Shown: piece after piece, positions 9,582 through 18,401 of the stretch
How positions within the stretch are numbered: position 1 is the stretch's first letter
How the letters are laid out: each line of letters begins with the position of its first letter
DNA from: Candidatus Rokuibacteriota bacterium
GTDB taxonomy: Bacteria > Methylomirabilota > Methylomirabilia > Rokubacteriales > CSP1-6
Reading direction: 5' to 3'
Assembly (NCBI GenBank): GCA_016179875.1
Contig: JACPCH010000031.1
Span: forward strand, 1 to 44,122
DNA: 44,122 nt
The notes under the pieces: model-generated
Told to the model about the DNA's origin: nothing
Databases searched by the model: none
Seen by the model: the letters and a program-made list of their open reading frames with translations, nothing else
Translations under genes and position numbers: made by a program

Positions 9582-10457
9582 ATGAAGCCGGCGCCATTCG
9601 AGTACGTGACCGCGGAGACCACGGAGGCCGCCGTCGCCGCCCTCGAGCGGTTCGAGGGCAACGCCCGCTGCCTGGCGGGCGGCCAGAGCCTGGTGCCGCT
9701 CCTCAACATGCGCCTGCTGCGGCCGGCGGCCGTGATCGACCTGAACCGCCTCTCCGGCCTCGATCACGTAACGGTGGACGACGGTCGGGTCCGCGTGGGC
9801 GCCCTCGTCCGCTACTCGACGCTCGAAACCTCCGCGCTCGTGGCGGAGCGGATCCCGCTCCTGGCCCGCGCGGTGCCGTTCGTGGGCGACCGCCAGATCA
9901 GGAACCGCGGGACGCTGGGCGGCGCCCTCTGCCACGCCGACCCCGCCGGCGAGATGGCTCTCGCCGCGGTGACCCTCGGCGCCTCCCTCCGCGCCGTCGG
10001 CCCGGACGGTGTGCGCGAGGTCCCCGCCGACGACTTCTTCCAGGGCCCGTACACGACGGCCCTCGCGCCGGCCGAGGTGCTCACGGAGGTGGCCTTCCTC
10101 GACGGCAGGGGAGCGGTGGCCGCCGTCGCCGAGCACGCGCGGCGCCACGGCGACTTCGCCATCGTCGCCATCGCCGCGGCCGGCCTCCCCGGCCCCGGCG
10201 ACTCGTGGCGGTGGGTGAGGATCGGCCTCGGTGGTGTCGCCCCGCGTCCGCTCTACGCCGCGCGCGCCTCCGCGCTGCTCGCCGGCACCCGGCTCGAGCC
10301 GAAGGCCGTCCGGGCCGCAGCGGAGGCGTGCCTGGCCGACGCCGATCCCGCGTCGGACATCCGCGCCTCCGCCGAGTACCGGCGCCACCTGATCCCCGTC
10401 TTCGTGGAGCGCGTGCTCGCCGAGTTGCGCGAGCGGCGGCGAGGAGGGACGCGATGA
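9582..10457 (+). CDS. Molybdenum hydroxylase FAD-binding (medium, CoxM/CutM-like) subunit 1
   Basis: MKPAPFEY, LAGGQSLVPLLNMR, IRNRGTLGG..CHADP, RRHGDFA. Confidence 0.95.
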   Translation: MKPAPFEYVTAETTEAAVAALERFEGNARCLAGGQSLVPLLNMRLLRPAAVIDLNRLSGLDHVTVDDGRVRVGALVRYSTLETSALVAERIPLLARAVPFVGDRQIRNRGTLGGALCHADPAGEMALAAVTLGASLRAVGPDGVREVPADDFFQGPYTTALAPAEVLTEVAFLDGRGAVAAVAEHARRHGDFAIVAIAAAGLPGPGDSWRWVRIGLGGVAPRPLYAARASALLAGTRLEPKAVRAAAEACLADADPASDIRASAEYRRHLIPVFVERVLAELRERRRGGTR

Positions 10458-10942
10458 GCTCGCGCCACCGGATCCGGGTCACCGTCAACGGGCGGGCCTA
10501 CGAGCGTGACGTGCAGGGGCGGCGGCTCCTGGTGGACTTTCTCCGGCACGACCTCGGCCTCTACGGGACGCACGTCGGCTGCGAGCAGGGCGTGTGCGGC
10601 GCCTGTACGGTCCTCCTCGACGGCCAGGTAGTGAAGTCCTGCCTGATGCTCGCCCCCCAGGCCGACGGCCGCACGCTCACTACCGTGGAGGGCCTGGCGG
10701 GGCGGGGCGAGCTCCACCCCGTACAGGAGGCGTTCCGCGAGGCCCACGGCCTCCAGTGCGGCTACTGCACGCCGGGGTTCCTCCTGAGCGCCGTGGCCCT
10801 GGCCGACCGCGGCGTCGTCCTCGAGGGAAAGAGCCTCCGGGCGGAGCTGGCTGGCAACCTCTGCCGGTGCACGGGCTACCAAAACATCGTCGAGGCCGTC
10901 GAGCGATACCTGCGGCAAACGGTGGGAAGTCGCCGTGGATAA
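10454..10942 (+). CDS. Molybdenum hydroxylase 2x[2Fe-2S] (small, CoxS-like) subunit 1
   Basis: [12 protein letters not shown]...[18 protein letters not shown]; ATGA overlap with the upstream stop. Confidence 0.95.
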   Translation: MSSRHRIRVTVNGRAYERDVQGRRLLVDFLRHDLGLYGTHVGCEQGVCGACTVLLDGQVVKSCLMLAPQADGRTLTTVEGLAGRGELHPVQEAFREAHGLQCGYCTPGFLLSAVALADRGVVLEGKSLRAELAGNLCRCTGYQNIVEAVERYLRQTVGSRRG

Positions 10943-13295
10943 GCTCCCCTGGGTCGGCGTGAGCGTGAAGCGCAAAGAGGACGAGCGCCTCCTCCGGGGG
11001 GCGGGACGGTTCCTCGACGACCTCGACGACACCGTCGCCCTTCACGCCGCCATCGGCCGCTGCCCCTATCCCCACGCCCGCATCCGGGGGATCGACCCGG
11101 GCGGCGCTCTCGAAATGGCGGGCGTCGAGGCCGTCCTCCTCGGCCGGGACGTCGTGGCCCGGACCGAGCCCACCAACGTGCTGCGCCCGTTCCCGGGCGC
11201 CGCGACGACCGCGTACTACGCGATGGCCCATCCCGTGGCGCGCTACGAGGGCGAGCCGGTGGTGGCGGTGGCGGCCCGCGACCGCTACGAGGCCGAGGAC
11301 GCGCTGGAGCGGATCGCGATCGACTGGGAGCCGCTCCCGCACGTGGTGGACGCGGAGGAGGCGCTCCGGTCCGGCTCCCCGCTCCTCTTCGACCAGGTCC
11401 CGTCGAACCTCCTGGCCGCCTCCACGGTGAAGGCGGGCGATCCCGACGCCGCCTTCCGGCAGGCCGCCGCGGTGGTGAAGGGGAAGCTCCGCATCAACCG
11501 GGTCACGGGGCTCCCCATCGAGACCCGCGGCCTGCTCGCGCGCTACTCCGACCAGACCCGGACGCTGGAGGTGTGGTCCTCCACCCAGACGCCTCACCTG
11601 GTCCGCGCCCAGCTCGCGCACGTGCTCCGCATGGCCGAGTCCGACATCCGGGTCATCGCGCCCGACGTGGGTGGCGGCTTCGGGATCAAGATGTGCGTCT
11701 ACCCGGAGGACGTCGTCGTCTGCCTCCTCGCCATCGACATCGGGCGGCCGGTGAAGTGGGTGGAGGACCGCGTCGAGCACTTTCGCGGATGCACGCACGC
11801 GCGGGAGGCCGTCCACGAGCTGGAGCTGGCGGGCAGCGCGGACGGGACCCTCACCGCGCTACGGGACCGCTACGTGATCGACGCAGGCGCCTACAACTCG
11901 CCGTTCGGCCCTCCGATGCTGACGAACCTCATGCTCCCCGGGCCCTACCGCCTGCGCGACGGCGAGATCGAGCGCCGCGTCGCCCTCACCAACAAGGTCC
12001 CGGTCGGACCCTACCGGGGCTACGGCCAGCCCGAGTCGAACTTCGTCCGCGAGGTCCTCCTGGACCGGCTGGCCCGCAAGCTCGGCCAGGACCCGGCCGA
12101 CCTTCGACGGAAGAACCTCCTCCGCCCGGACGAGTTGCCGTTCCAGAACCTGACCGGAGCGACCTACGACAGCGGCGACTACGTTCGCTGCCTCGACCTC
12201 GCGCTCTCCCGCGTCGGCTACGACGAGGTCCGCGCGGGCCAGGCGGCGTGGCGGCGGGAGCACCGCTACGTCGGGGTCGGCGTCTCGTGCTACGCCGAGT
12301 TCACCGGCTATCCCTCCTCCGCGTTCCTCGGCCGCACCGGCGCCGGCTTCGGCGCCTACGAGAGCGTGACCATCCGCATGGACCGTGCCGGGCGCGCGGC
12401 GATCTACACGGGCGTCTCCACGTTCGGCCAGGGGATGGAGACGACCTTCGCGCAGGTCTGCGCCTCCTCTCTCGGCCTCGAGCCCGCAGACATCACCATC
12501 TACGGGGGCGACTCGCGGGGCACGCCTTACAGCGTGGGCGGCTTCGCGAGCCGCACGATGATCGCCGGCGCCGGCGCCATCGCCACGGCCACCGGCGAGA
12601 TCCGGGCCAAAATGCTCCGACTCGCCGGGCACCTCCTCGGCGTCGCGCCGGAGCACTTGGAGGTCGCCGCCGGCGTCGTCCGGCGCACCGACGATCCCTC
12701 CGTCCAGCTCTCGATCCGTGAGGTGTCGGAGGCGGCCTTCCTCGGCCACCGTCTCCCGCCCGGGGACGATCCGGGGCTCGAGGCGACCGCGTACCACGAT
12801 CCGCCAGCCTCCGCCTTCGGCTACGGATCGGTGGCCGCGCGCGTCGAGGTCGATCCGCGGAGCGGCGCCTTCGACCTCCAGCGCTACGTCCTCGTCCACG
12901 ACTGCGGAACGCAGGTGAACCCGATGATCGTCGAGGGCCAGATCCACGGCGGGATCGCCCAGGGGCTGGCCGCGGCGCTCTTCGAGGAGCTCCAGTACGA
13001 TCGCGACACCGGCCAGCTCGTGAACGGGACGCTCGTCGATTACTTCGCCCCCAGCGCGGCCGACCTGCCGCGCTTCGAGCTGGACCACCTGGAGACGCCG
13101 GCCCCGGCCACGAGCCTCGGCGTCAAGGGGGTCGGCGAGGGCGGCACCATCGGCGCCGCCGCCGCCGTCGCCAACGCGATCGGCGACGCGCTGGCGCCCT
13201 TCGGCGTCGAACTGGATCGCCTCCCCATCACCGCCGAGTCGGTGTGGCGGGCGCTCGAGGCGGCGCGGAGTCGGCCCGCTGCCGCTGTGAACTGA
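10935..13295 (+). CDS. Xanthine-oxidase-family molybdopterin-binding large subunit L1 (not a CO dehydrogenase)
   Basis: RKEDERLLRG, WSSTQTPH, VGGGFGIK, active-site loop PYRGYGQPE, GGFASR, KGVGEGG with catalytic Glu. Confidence 0.95.
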   Translation: MDKLPWVGVSVKRKEDERLLRGAGRFLDDLDDTVALHAAIGRCPYPHARIRGIDPGGALEMAGVEAVLLGRDVVARTEPTNVLRPFPGAATTAYYAMAHPVARYEGEPVVAVAARDRYEAEDALERIAIDWEPLPHVVDAEEALRSGSPLLFDQVPSNLLAASTVKAGDPDAAFRQAAAVVKGKLRINRVTGLPIETRGLLARYSDQTRTLEVWSSTQTPHLVRAQLAHVLRMAESDIRVIAPDVGGGFGIKMCVYPEDVVVCLLAIDIGRPVKWVEDRVEHFRGCTHAREAVHELELAGSADGTLTALRDRYVIDAGAYNSPFGPPMLTNLMLPGPYRLRDGEIERRVALTNKVPVGPYRGYGQPESNFVREVLLDRLARKLGQDPADLRRKNLLRPDELPFQNLTGATYDSGDYVRCLDLALSRVGYDEVRAGQAAWRREHRYVGVGVSCYAEFTGYPSSAFLGRTGAGFGAYESVTIRMDRAGRAAIYTGVSTFGQGMETTFAQVCASSLGLEPADITIYGGDSRGTPYSVGGFASRTMIAGAGAIATATGEIRAKMLRLAGHLLGVAPEHLEVAAGVVRRTDDPSVQLSIREVSEAAFLGHRLPPGDDPGLEATAYHDPPASAFGYGSVAARVEVDPRSGAFDLQRYVLVHDCGTQVNPMIVEGQIHGGIAQGLAAALFEELQYDRDTGQLVNGTLVDYFAPSAADLPRFELDHLETPAPATSLGVKGVGEGGTIGAAAAVANAIGDALAPFGVELDRLPITAESVWRALEAARSRPAAAVN

Positions 13296-13314
13296 GGGAG
13301 GAGACGAACGGCCC

Positions 13315-13770
13315 ATGCAGATCCAGGAGACATTCACGGTGGCGGCGCCGCCGGAGACGGTGTGGACGTTCTTCGAGGACGTCCAGCGCGTGGCGCGCTG
13401 TGTGCCCGGCGTCCAGACGATCGACGTCCTCGGGCCCGACCGCTACCGGGTGGTGGCGTCGCACAAGGTCGGCTTCATCTCGGCCACGTTCGAGCTGACG
13501 ACCGCGGTGGCGGCGAAGGAGCCGGGGAAGTTCATGGAGTTCACGTCCGTCGGCAAGAGCGTCAAGGGCGCGGTCGGCGACCTGCGTTCCCGGGACCGGG
13601 TGGACTTCGAGCCCGCGCCCGGGGGCGGCACCCGGGTGCGGCTCACGTCGGAGGTGGCGGTGGGAGGGATGCTGGGCGCCCTCGGCCACAAGGCCATCAT
13701 CGGCAAGTCGCGCGAGATCACCGAGAAGTTCGCGGAGAGCCTCCGCGCGGCGATCTCGGCCTCGGCATGA
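13315..13770 (+). CDS. coxG: CoxG/SRPBCC-family protein
   Basis: FTVAAPPETVW..F.DVQRVARCVPG...VGGMLGALG; follows an M-S-L set. Confidence 0.88.
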   Translation: MQIQETFTVAAPPETVWTFFEDVQRVARCVPGVQTIDVLGPDRYRVVASHKVGFISATFELTTAVAAKEPGKFMEFTSVGKSVKGAVGDLRSRDRVDFEPAPGGGTRVRLTSEVAVGGMLGALGHKAIIGKSREITEKFAESLRAAISASA

Positions 13771-14966
13771 GCATGGGACTCTTGTCCGGCGTTCGAATCC
13801 TGGATCTGACCTGGGTGCTGGCCGGCCCCTACGCCTCGCTCGTCCTCGCCGACCTGGGTGCCGAGGTGATCAAGGTCGAGTCACCCGAGCGCGGCGACAT
13901 GACCCGCGATCTGGGGCCGAGCCTCGGGCCCCTCTCCGCCCACTTCGCCGCCCTCAACCGGAACAAGCGGAGCGTGGCGCTCGACCTCAAGAGCGAGGCG
14001 GGGCGGCGGGTCTTCTACGACCTGGCCCGGCACGCCGACGCGCTCTTCACGAACTACCGGCCGGGGGTGCTGGAGCGCCTCAAGCTCGACTACGAGCATC
14101 TGAGTGCGGAGGCGCCTTCGATCGTCTACTGTGCGCTGTCCGGATATGGGGCGACCGGGCCCTACCGCGACAAACCCGCCTACGACCTGGTGATCCAGGC
14201 CCTCTCCGGGGGCATGAGCCTCACCGGCGAGCCGGGCGGCCCTCCCGTGCGCAGCGGGATCCCGTTCGGCGATCTCGCGGGGGGCGTCTTCGCCGCGCTC
14301 GGGCTGGTTTCGGCCCTTGTCGGGCGGGCCCGGACGGGACGCGGCGCCTACCTCGACGTCTCGCTGCTCGACGTCCAGATCTCGCTCCTCTCCTACATCG
14401 CCGCCTACTACTGGGCCAACGGGGAGGTGCCGGGGCCGGTCGGCAGCGGCCATCCGACGATCGTGCCCTACGGCGCCTACCGGGCGCGGGACGGCTACCT
14501 GGTGCTGGCCATCTTCGGCGAGAAGTTCTGGCGTGATCTCTGCGAGGCGCTCGACCTCCAGGCCCTGGCGGCCGACCCGCGCTTCGCCACCAACGCCGAT
14601 CGCGTCCGCCATCGCGGCGAGCTCGAGCCCCTGCTCCGCGCCAGGCTGGCCGAGCGCACGACCGCGGAGTGGATCGCGCGCTGCGAGCAGTACGGCATCC
14701 CGGCCGCGCCCGTGAACTCCGTGGACCACGCGCTCGCCGACCTGCAGGCGTGCTCCCGGGGGATGGTGCGCGAGCACGTGCACCCGCTCCTGGGACGCCT
14801 GCGGTTCCTGGGGAACCCGATCAAGACCGCGAACGGCGACGACGACGGAGGGCGCCCGGCGCCGCTCCTCGGCCAGGACACGGCGGAGGTGCTGACGGCG
14901 CTGCTCGGCATGACGCGCGACGAGATCGAGCGGCTCGAGGCGGCGGGCGTCTGCCGCCTCGCGTGA
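13767..14966 (+). CDS. Family III (CaiB/BaiF/Frc) CoA-transferase
   Basis: LSGVRILDLTWVLAGP, LGAEVIKVE, NRNKRS, catalytic Asp in PFGDLAGG. Alternative start ATG 13773. Confidence 0.95.
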   Translation: MSMGLLSGVRILDLTWVLAGPYASLVLADLGAEVIKVESPERGDMTRDLGPSLGPLSAHFAALNRNKRSVALDLKSEAGRRVFYDLARHADALFTNYRPGVLERLKLDYEHLSAEAPSIVYCALSGYGATGPYRDKPAYDLVIQALSGGMSLTGEPGGPPVRSGIPFGDLAGGVFAALGLVSALVGRARTGRGAYLDVSLLDVQISLLSYIAAYYWANGEVPGPVGSGHPTIVPYGAYRARDGYLVLAIFGEKFWRDLCEALDLQALAADPRFATNADRVRHRGELEPLLRARLAERTTAEWIARCEQYGIPAAPVNSVDHALADLQACSRGMVREHVHPLLGRLRFLGNPIKTANGDDDGGRPAPLLGQDTAEVLTALLGMTRDEIERLEAAGVCRLA

Positions 14967-14976
14967 GGAGGAACCC

Positions 14977-16590
14977 ATGAGCGATCAGGCCCCACCGAAG
15001 CTCTCCTTCGAGTCCGCCTCAGGGATCCCGCTCCGCCCGTCGTACGGGCCCGACGACGTATCCGAGCTCGATCCGGCCCGCGACCTCGGCGAGCCGGGCC
15101 AGTACCCGTTCACGCGGGGGCTCTACCCCACCATGTACCGGGAGCGGCTCTGGACCATGCGGCAGTACGCGGGCTTCGGGGGTCCCGAGGACACCAACGC
15201 CCGCTTCCGCTTCCTCCTCGGCCAGGGGCAGACGGGGCTGAGCCTCGCCTTCGACCTGCCGACGCAACTCGGGTACGACTCCGACGACCCGGAGGTCGAG
15301 GACGAGGTGGGACGGCTCGGCGTCAGCGTCGACACCGTCGAGGACATCGAGGAGATCTTTGCCGGGATCCCGCTCGACCGGGTGAGCACGTCGTTCACGA
15401 TCAACGCGACGGCTGCCCCGATCCTGGCCATGCTGCTCGTCTGCGCCGAGCGCCGAGGCGTCGCCTGGGACCGCGTGCGGGGCACGATCCAGAACGACAT
15501 CCTGAAGGAGTACATCGCGCGGGGGACCCACATCTTTCCCCCGGGCCCGGCCGTCCGCCTCGCCGGCGACACGGTGGCCTTCTGCTGCGAGCAGGCGCCC
15601 AAGGTCTACCCGATCAGCATCAGCGGCGGTCACATGTCGGAGGCCGGCGCCAGCCCCGTCCAGGAGCTCGCCTACACCCTCGCCGACGCCATCGCCTACG
15701 TGGAGGCCCTGGTGGCCCGCGGCGTCGAGGTCGACCGCTTCGCCCCGCGGCTCAGTTTCCTCTTCTGCACCCACCAGGACTTCTTCGAGGAAATCGCCAA
15801 GTACCGGGCGGCCCGGCGCCTGTGGGCGTCCATCATGCGCGAGCGGTTCGGCGCCCGGCTCCCGGAGTCGCTGCACTTCCGGGTGTTCGCCGGCGGCGGG
15901 GGCTCGGACCTCGCGCGGCGCGAGCCCCTCAACAACATCGTCCGGACCACGATGAAGCTCCTGGCCGGCGTGCTGGGCGGCGTCCAGTCGGCGACGGTGA
16001 CGCCCTACGACGAGGCCTTCGCGCTCCCCACCGAGGGCTCACAGCGGATCGCGCTCCGCACCCAGCAGATCATCGCGTACGAGACCGGGGTGCCGACGGT
16101 GGCGGACCCGCTCGGCGGGTCCTACTTCATCGAAGCGCTGACCCGGGACGTCGAGCGTGCCGCGCAGGCGATCATCCGCCAGGTCGACGAGGGCGGCGGG
16201 ATGGTGGCGGCGATCGAGCGCGGCGATCCCCAGCGCGCGATCCTCGATCGCGCGCATCGGACGCAGGCGCGGATCGCCTCGGGCGAGAAGCCCATCGTCG
16301 GCGTGAACTGTTTCGCGGATGAGGGCCAGGCCGACCGGGAGCCGGAACTGCTCCACGGCGCCTCCCCCGAGGTCGTCGCCCGCCAGCGGGAGCGGCTCCA
16401 GACGGTGCGCCGCCGCCGGGACGGCGCGCGGGTGGAGGCGGCCCTCGGGGCGCTCCGCCGGGCGGCCGAGGGGACCGAGAACCTGTTTCCCTTGGTGCTG
16501 GAGGCCGTACGCGCCGAGGCGACGATCGGCGAGATCACGCGGGCCCTCCGGGAGGTCTTCGGTGAGTACAAGGCCGCTCCGGGCCTCTAG
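14977..16590 (+). CDS. Adenosylcobalamin-dependent acyl-CoA mutase, large substrate-binding subunit (methylmalonyl-CoA mutase family, atypical active site)
   Basis: PGQYPFTRG, WTMRQYAGF, GLSLAFDLPTQLGYDSD, GTIQNDILKEYIAR, FFEEIAKYRAARRLW, ALRTQQIIAYETG..DPLGGSYFIE. Confidence 0.95.
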   Translation: MSDQAPPKLSFESASGIPLRPSYGPDDVSELDPARDLGEPGQYPFTRGLYPTMYRERLWTMRQYAGFGGPEDTNARFRFLLGQGQTGLSLAFDLPTQLGYDSDDPEVEDEVGRLGVSVDTVEDIEEIFAGIPLDRVSTSFTINATAAPILAMLLVCAERRGVAWDRVRGTIQNDILKEYIARGTHIFPPGPAVRLAGDTVAFCCEQAPKVYPISISGGHMSEAGASPVQELAYTLADAIAYVEALVARGVEVDRFAPRLSFLFCTHQDFFEEIAKYRAARRLWASIMRERFGARLPESLHFRVFAGGGGSDLARREPLNNIVRTTMKLLAGVLGGVQSATVTPYDEAFALPTEGSQRIALRTQQIIAYETGVPTVADPLGGSYFIEALTRDVERAAQAIIRQVDEGGGMVAAIERGDPQRAILDRAHRTQARIASGEKPIVGVNCFADEGQADREPELLHGASPEVVARQRERLQTVRRRRDGARVEAALGALRRAAEGTENLFPLVLEAVRAEATIGEITRALREVFGEYKAAPGL

Positions 16591-17038
16591 CGGCGGATGT
16601 GATCCGGCCGGGGCCTTGCGGCAGCCGCTCAGGATCCTGCTCGCCAAGGTCGGACTGGACGGCCACGACATGGGCGTGAAGGTCCTGGCGCGCGCGCTCC
16701 GGGACGCGGGGTTCGAGGTGATCTACACGGGGCTCCGGCAGTCGGTCGAGGCGGTGGCCCGGACCGCCGTCACCGAGGACGTGGATGCGGTGGGCCTCTC
16801 GATCCTCTCCGGGGTCCACGTCGTGCAGACGCGAAAGATGGTCGCCGCCCTCGTGACGGCCGGCCGGGGGCGGATCCCCGTGCTCGTGGGGGGCGTGATC
16901 CCGCGCGGGGACGTGGAGAGCCTTCGCGCCGCCGGCGCGGCCGGGGTGTTCCCGTCCGGAGAGCCGCTCGACCGGGTGGTGGAGCGGATCCGGGCGACGC
17001 TCCTGGCCCGCGCGGGAGAGGGGACGGATGAGAGATGA
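16562..17038 (+). CDS. Cobalamin-binding small subunit of the acyl-CoA mutase
   Basis: DxHxxG motif (GLDGHDMG), ARALRDAGFEVIYTG, GLSILSG, LVGGVIP. GTG 16562 has GGAGG 6 nt upstream; alternative start TTG 16616. Confidence 0.92.
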   Translation: MSTRPLRASSGGCDPAGALRQPLRILLAKVGLDGHDMGVKVLARALRDAGFEVIYTGLRQSVEAVARTAVTEDVDAVGLSILSGVHVVQTRKMVAALVTAGRGRIPVLVGGVIPRGDVESLRAAGAAGVFPSGEPLDRVVERIRATLLARAGEGTDER

Positions 17039-17910
17039 TCCTTCGACCCTTCAAGTACGTCGAGTGCGGGAGCGTCGACGAGGCCACCACCACCCTCAAG
17101 CAGTACGGGGATGGCGCGCGGATCATCGCCGGCGGGACGGCGCTCGTTCCCATGATGAAGCACCGGCTCCTCCGTCCCGAGGTGCTGGTGAGCGTCATCC
17201 AGGTTCCCGGCCTCGGCGACATCGCCGCGGGCCCCGACGGCGGCCTCCGTCTGGGGGCGCTCGCTACCCACTGGGAGATCTCCCGCTCGCCGCTCGTGAA
17301 ACGGGAGAGCCCGCTCCTCGCCTATGCCTGCGGGCGGGTGGCGAGCCCCACCGTCCGGAGCATGGCGACGCTGGGCGGCAACCTCTGCTACGGCGAGTCG
17401 GCCTCGGACCCGTCGCCGGCGCTGCTGGCGCTCCGCGCCCGGGTCAGGGTCGTCGGGTCGGGCGGCGAGCGAACCCTGCCGCTCACGGAGTTCTTTACCG
17501 GCTTCTACGAGACCGGGCTCGCGGAGGACGAGGTCCTCACCGCCGTGGAGGTCCCGCCGCTCGCGCCCGGGGCGAGGTGGCGGTACCTCAAGTGGGTCCC
17601 GCGCGCGCAGGAGGACAAGGCCCTGGTCGGCCTGGCCGCTGTCCTGGTCCTCGACGGGCGCCACTGCCGCATGGCGCGGCTCGGGCTCGGCGGCGTGGCG
17701 GCCTCGCCGGTGGTGCTCCGCCGGACCGAGCAGAGCCTGGAGGGCCGGGAGCTGGACGAGCGGACGAGCGCCGAGGCCGGCGAGGTCGCGGCGGCGGAGG
17801 TCGAGCCGATGGAGGATCTCCAGGGCAGTGCAGACTACCGGCGCGACATGCTCCGCGTGTGGGTGCGGCGCGTGGTCGCTGACCTCGCCACCGGGGGAGG
17901 TGAGCGGTGA
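17035..17910 (+). CDS. Molybdenum hydroxylase FAD-binding subunit 2
   Basis: IIAGGTALVPMMK, VRSMATLGGNL, D.QGSADYRR. Confidence 0.93.
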   Translation: MILRPFKYVECGSVDEATTTLKQYGDGARIIAGGTALVPMMKHRLLRPEVLVSVIQVPGLGDIAAGPDGGLRLGALATHWEISRSPLVKRESPLLAYACGRVASPTVRSMATLGGNLCYGESASDPSPALLALRARVRVVGSGGERTLPLTEFFTGFYETGLAEDEVLTAVEVPPLAPGARWRYLKWVPRAQEDKALVGLAAVLVLDGRHCRMARLGLGGVAASPVVLRRTEQSLEGRELDERTSAEAGEVAAAEVEPMEDLQGSADYRRDMLRVWVRRVVADLATGGGER

Positions 17911-18401
17911 TGGAGTCCTTCGAGCTCACGGTGAACGGGTGCGTGGAGCGGGTGCAGGCGCCCACCCAGTGGACCCTGCTCCAGCTCCTCAGGGACGGGC
18001 TCGGGCTCCTCGGCACCAAGGAGGGGTGTGGCGAAGGATCGTGCGGGGCGTGCACCGTCCTCGTGGACGGCCGCCTCACCCGCTCCTGCCTCTCCCTCGC
18101 GCTCCGTGCGGCCGGGCGCAGCGTGCTCACGGTGGAGGGGCTCGGCGCGAACGGGCGCCGCGACCCCATCCAGGAAGCCTTCGTGCGCCACGGCGCCATT
18201 CAGTGCGGGTTCTGCACGCCGGGCATGGTCATCGCCACCAGGGCCCTCCTCGGCGTGAACCCGACGCCGGAGGACCACGAGATCCGGGAGTTCCTCTCCG
18301 GCAACTTCTGTCGCTGTGGCGGCTACACCCAGATCGTGAACGCCGTGCGCGAGCTGGCCGGTCGGCGCCCAACCGCAGTCAACCGAGGAGAGAACGCATG
18401 A
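17907..18401 (+). CDS. Molybdenum hydroxylase 2x[2Fe-2S] subunit 2
   Basis: GTKEGCGEGSCGACTV...[18 protein letters not shown]. Start GTG 17907 or ATG 17910. Confidence 0.95.
   Translation: MMESFELTVNGCVERVQAPTQWTLLQLLRDGLGLLGTKEGCGEGSCGACTVLVDGRLTRSCLSLALRAAGRSVLTVEGLGANGRRDPIQEAFVRHGAIQCGFCTPGMVIATRALLGVNPTPEDHEIREFLSGNFCRCGGYTQIVNAVRELAGRRPTAVNRGENA

Noticed and set aside
9582-13770. Aerobic CO dehydrogenase (coxMSL + coxG gene order)
   Set aside because: The L1 loop is PYRGYG, not form I AYxCSFR or form II AYxGAGR. None of the four L subunits has the Cu-binding Cys motif, and coxDEF are absent.
14977-16590. Ordinary methylmalonyl-CoA mutase or isobutyryl-CoA mutase
   Set aside because: Several normally conserved MCM pocket residues are replaced, and the retained Tyr/Arg pair excludes ICM. 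No epimerase or MeaB is nearby.
17324-18397. Apparent long fusion ORFs in the track (17324-19780, 9461-10942, 13362-14966, 31544-33340, 38453-41464)
   Set aside because: The upstream parts are off-frame readings of the preceding genes. True starts lie at stop/start overlaps or RBS-supported ATGs.
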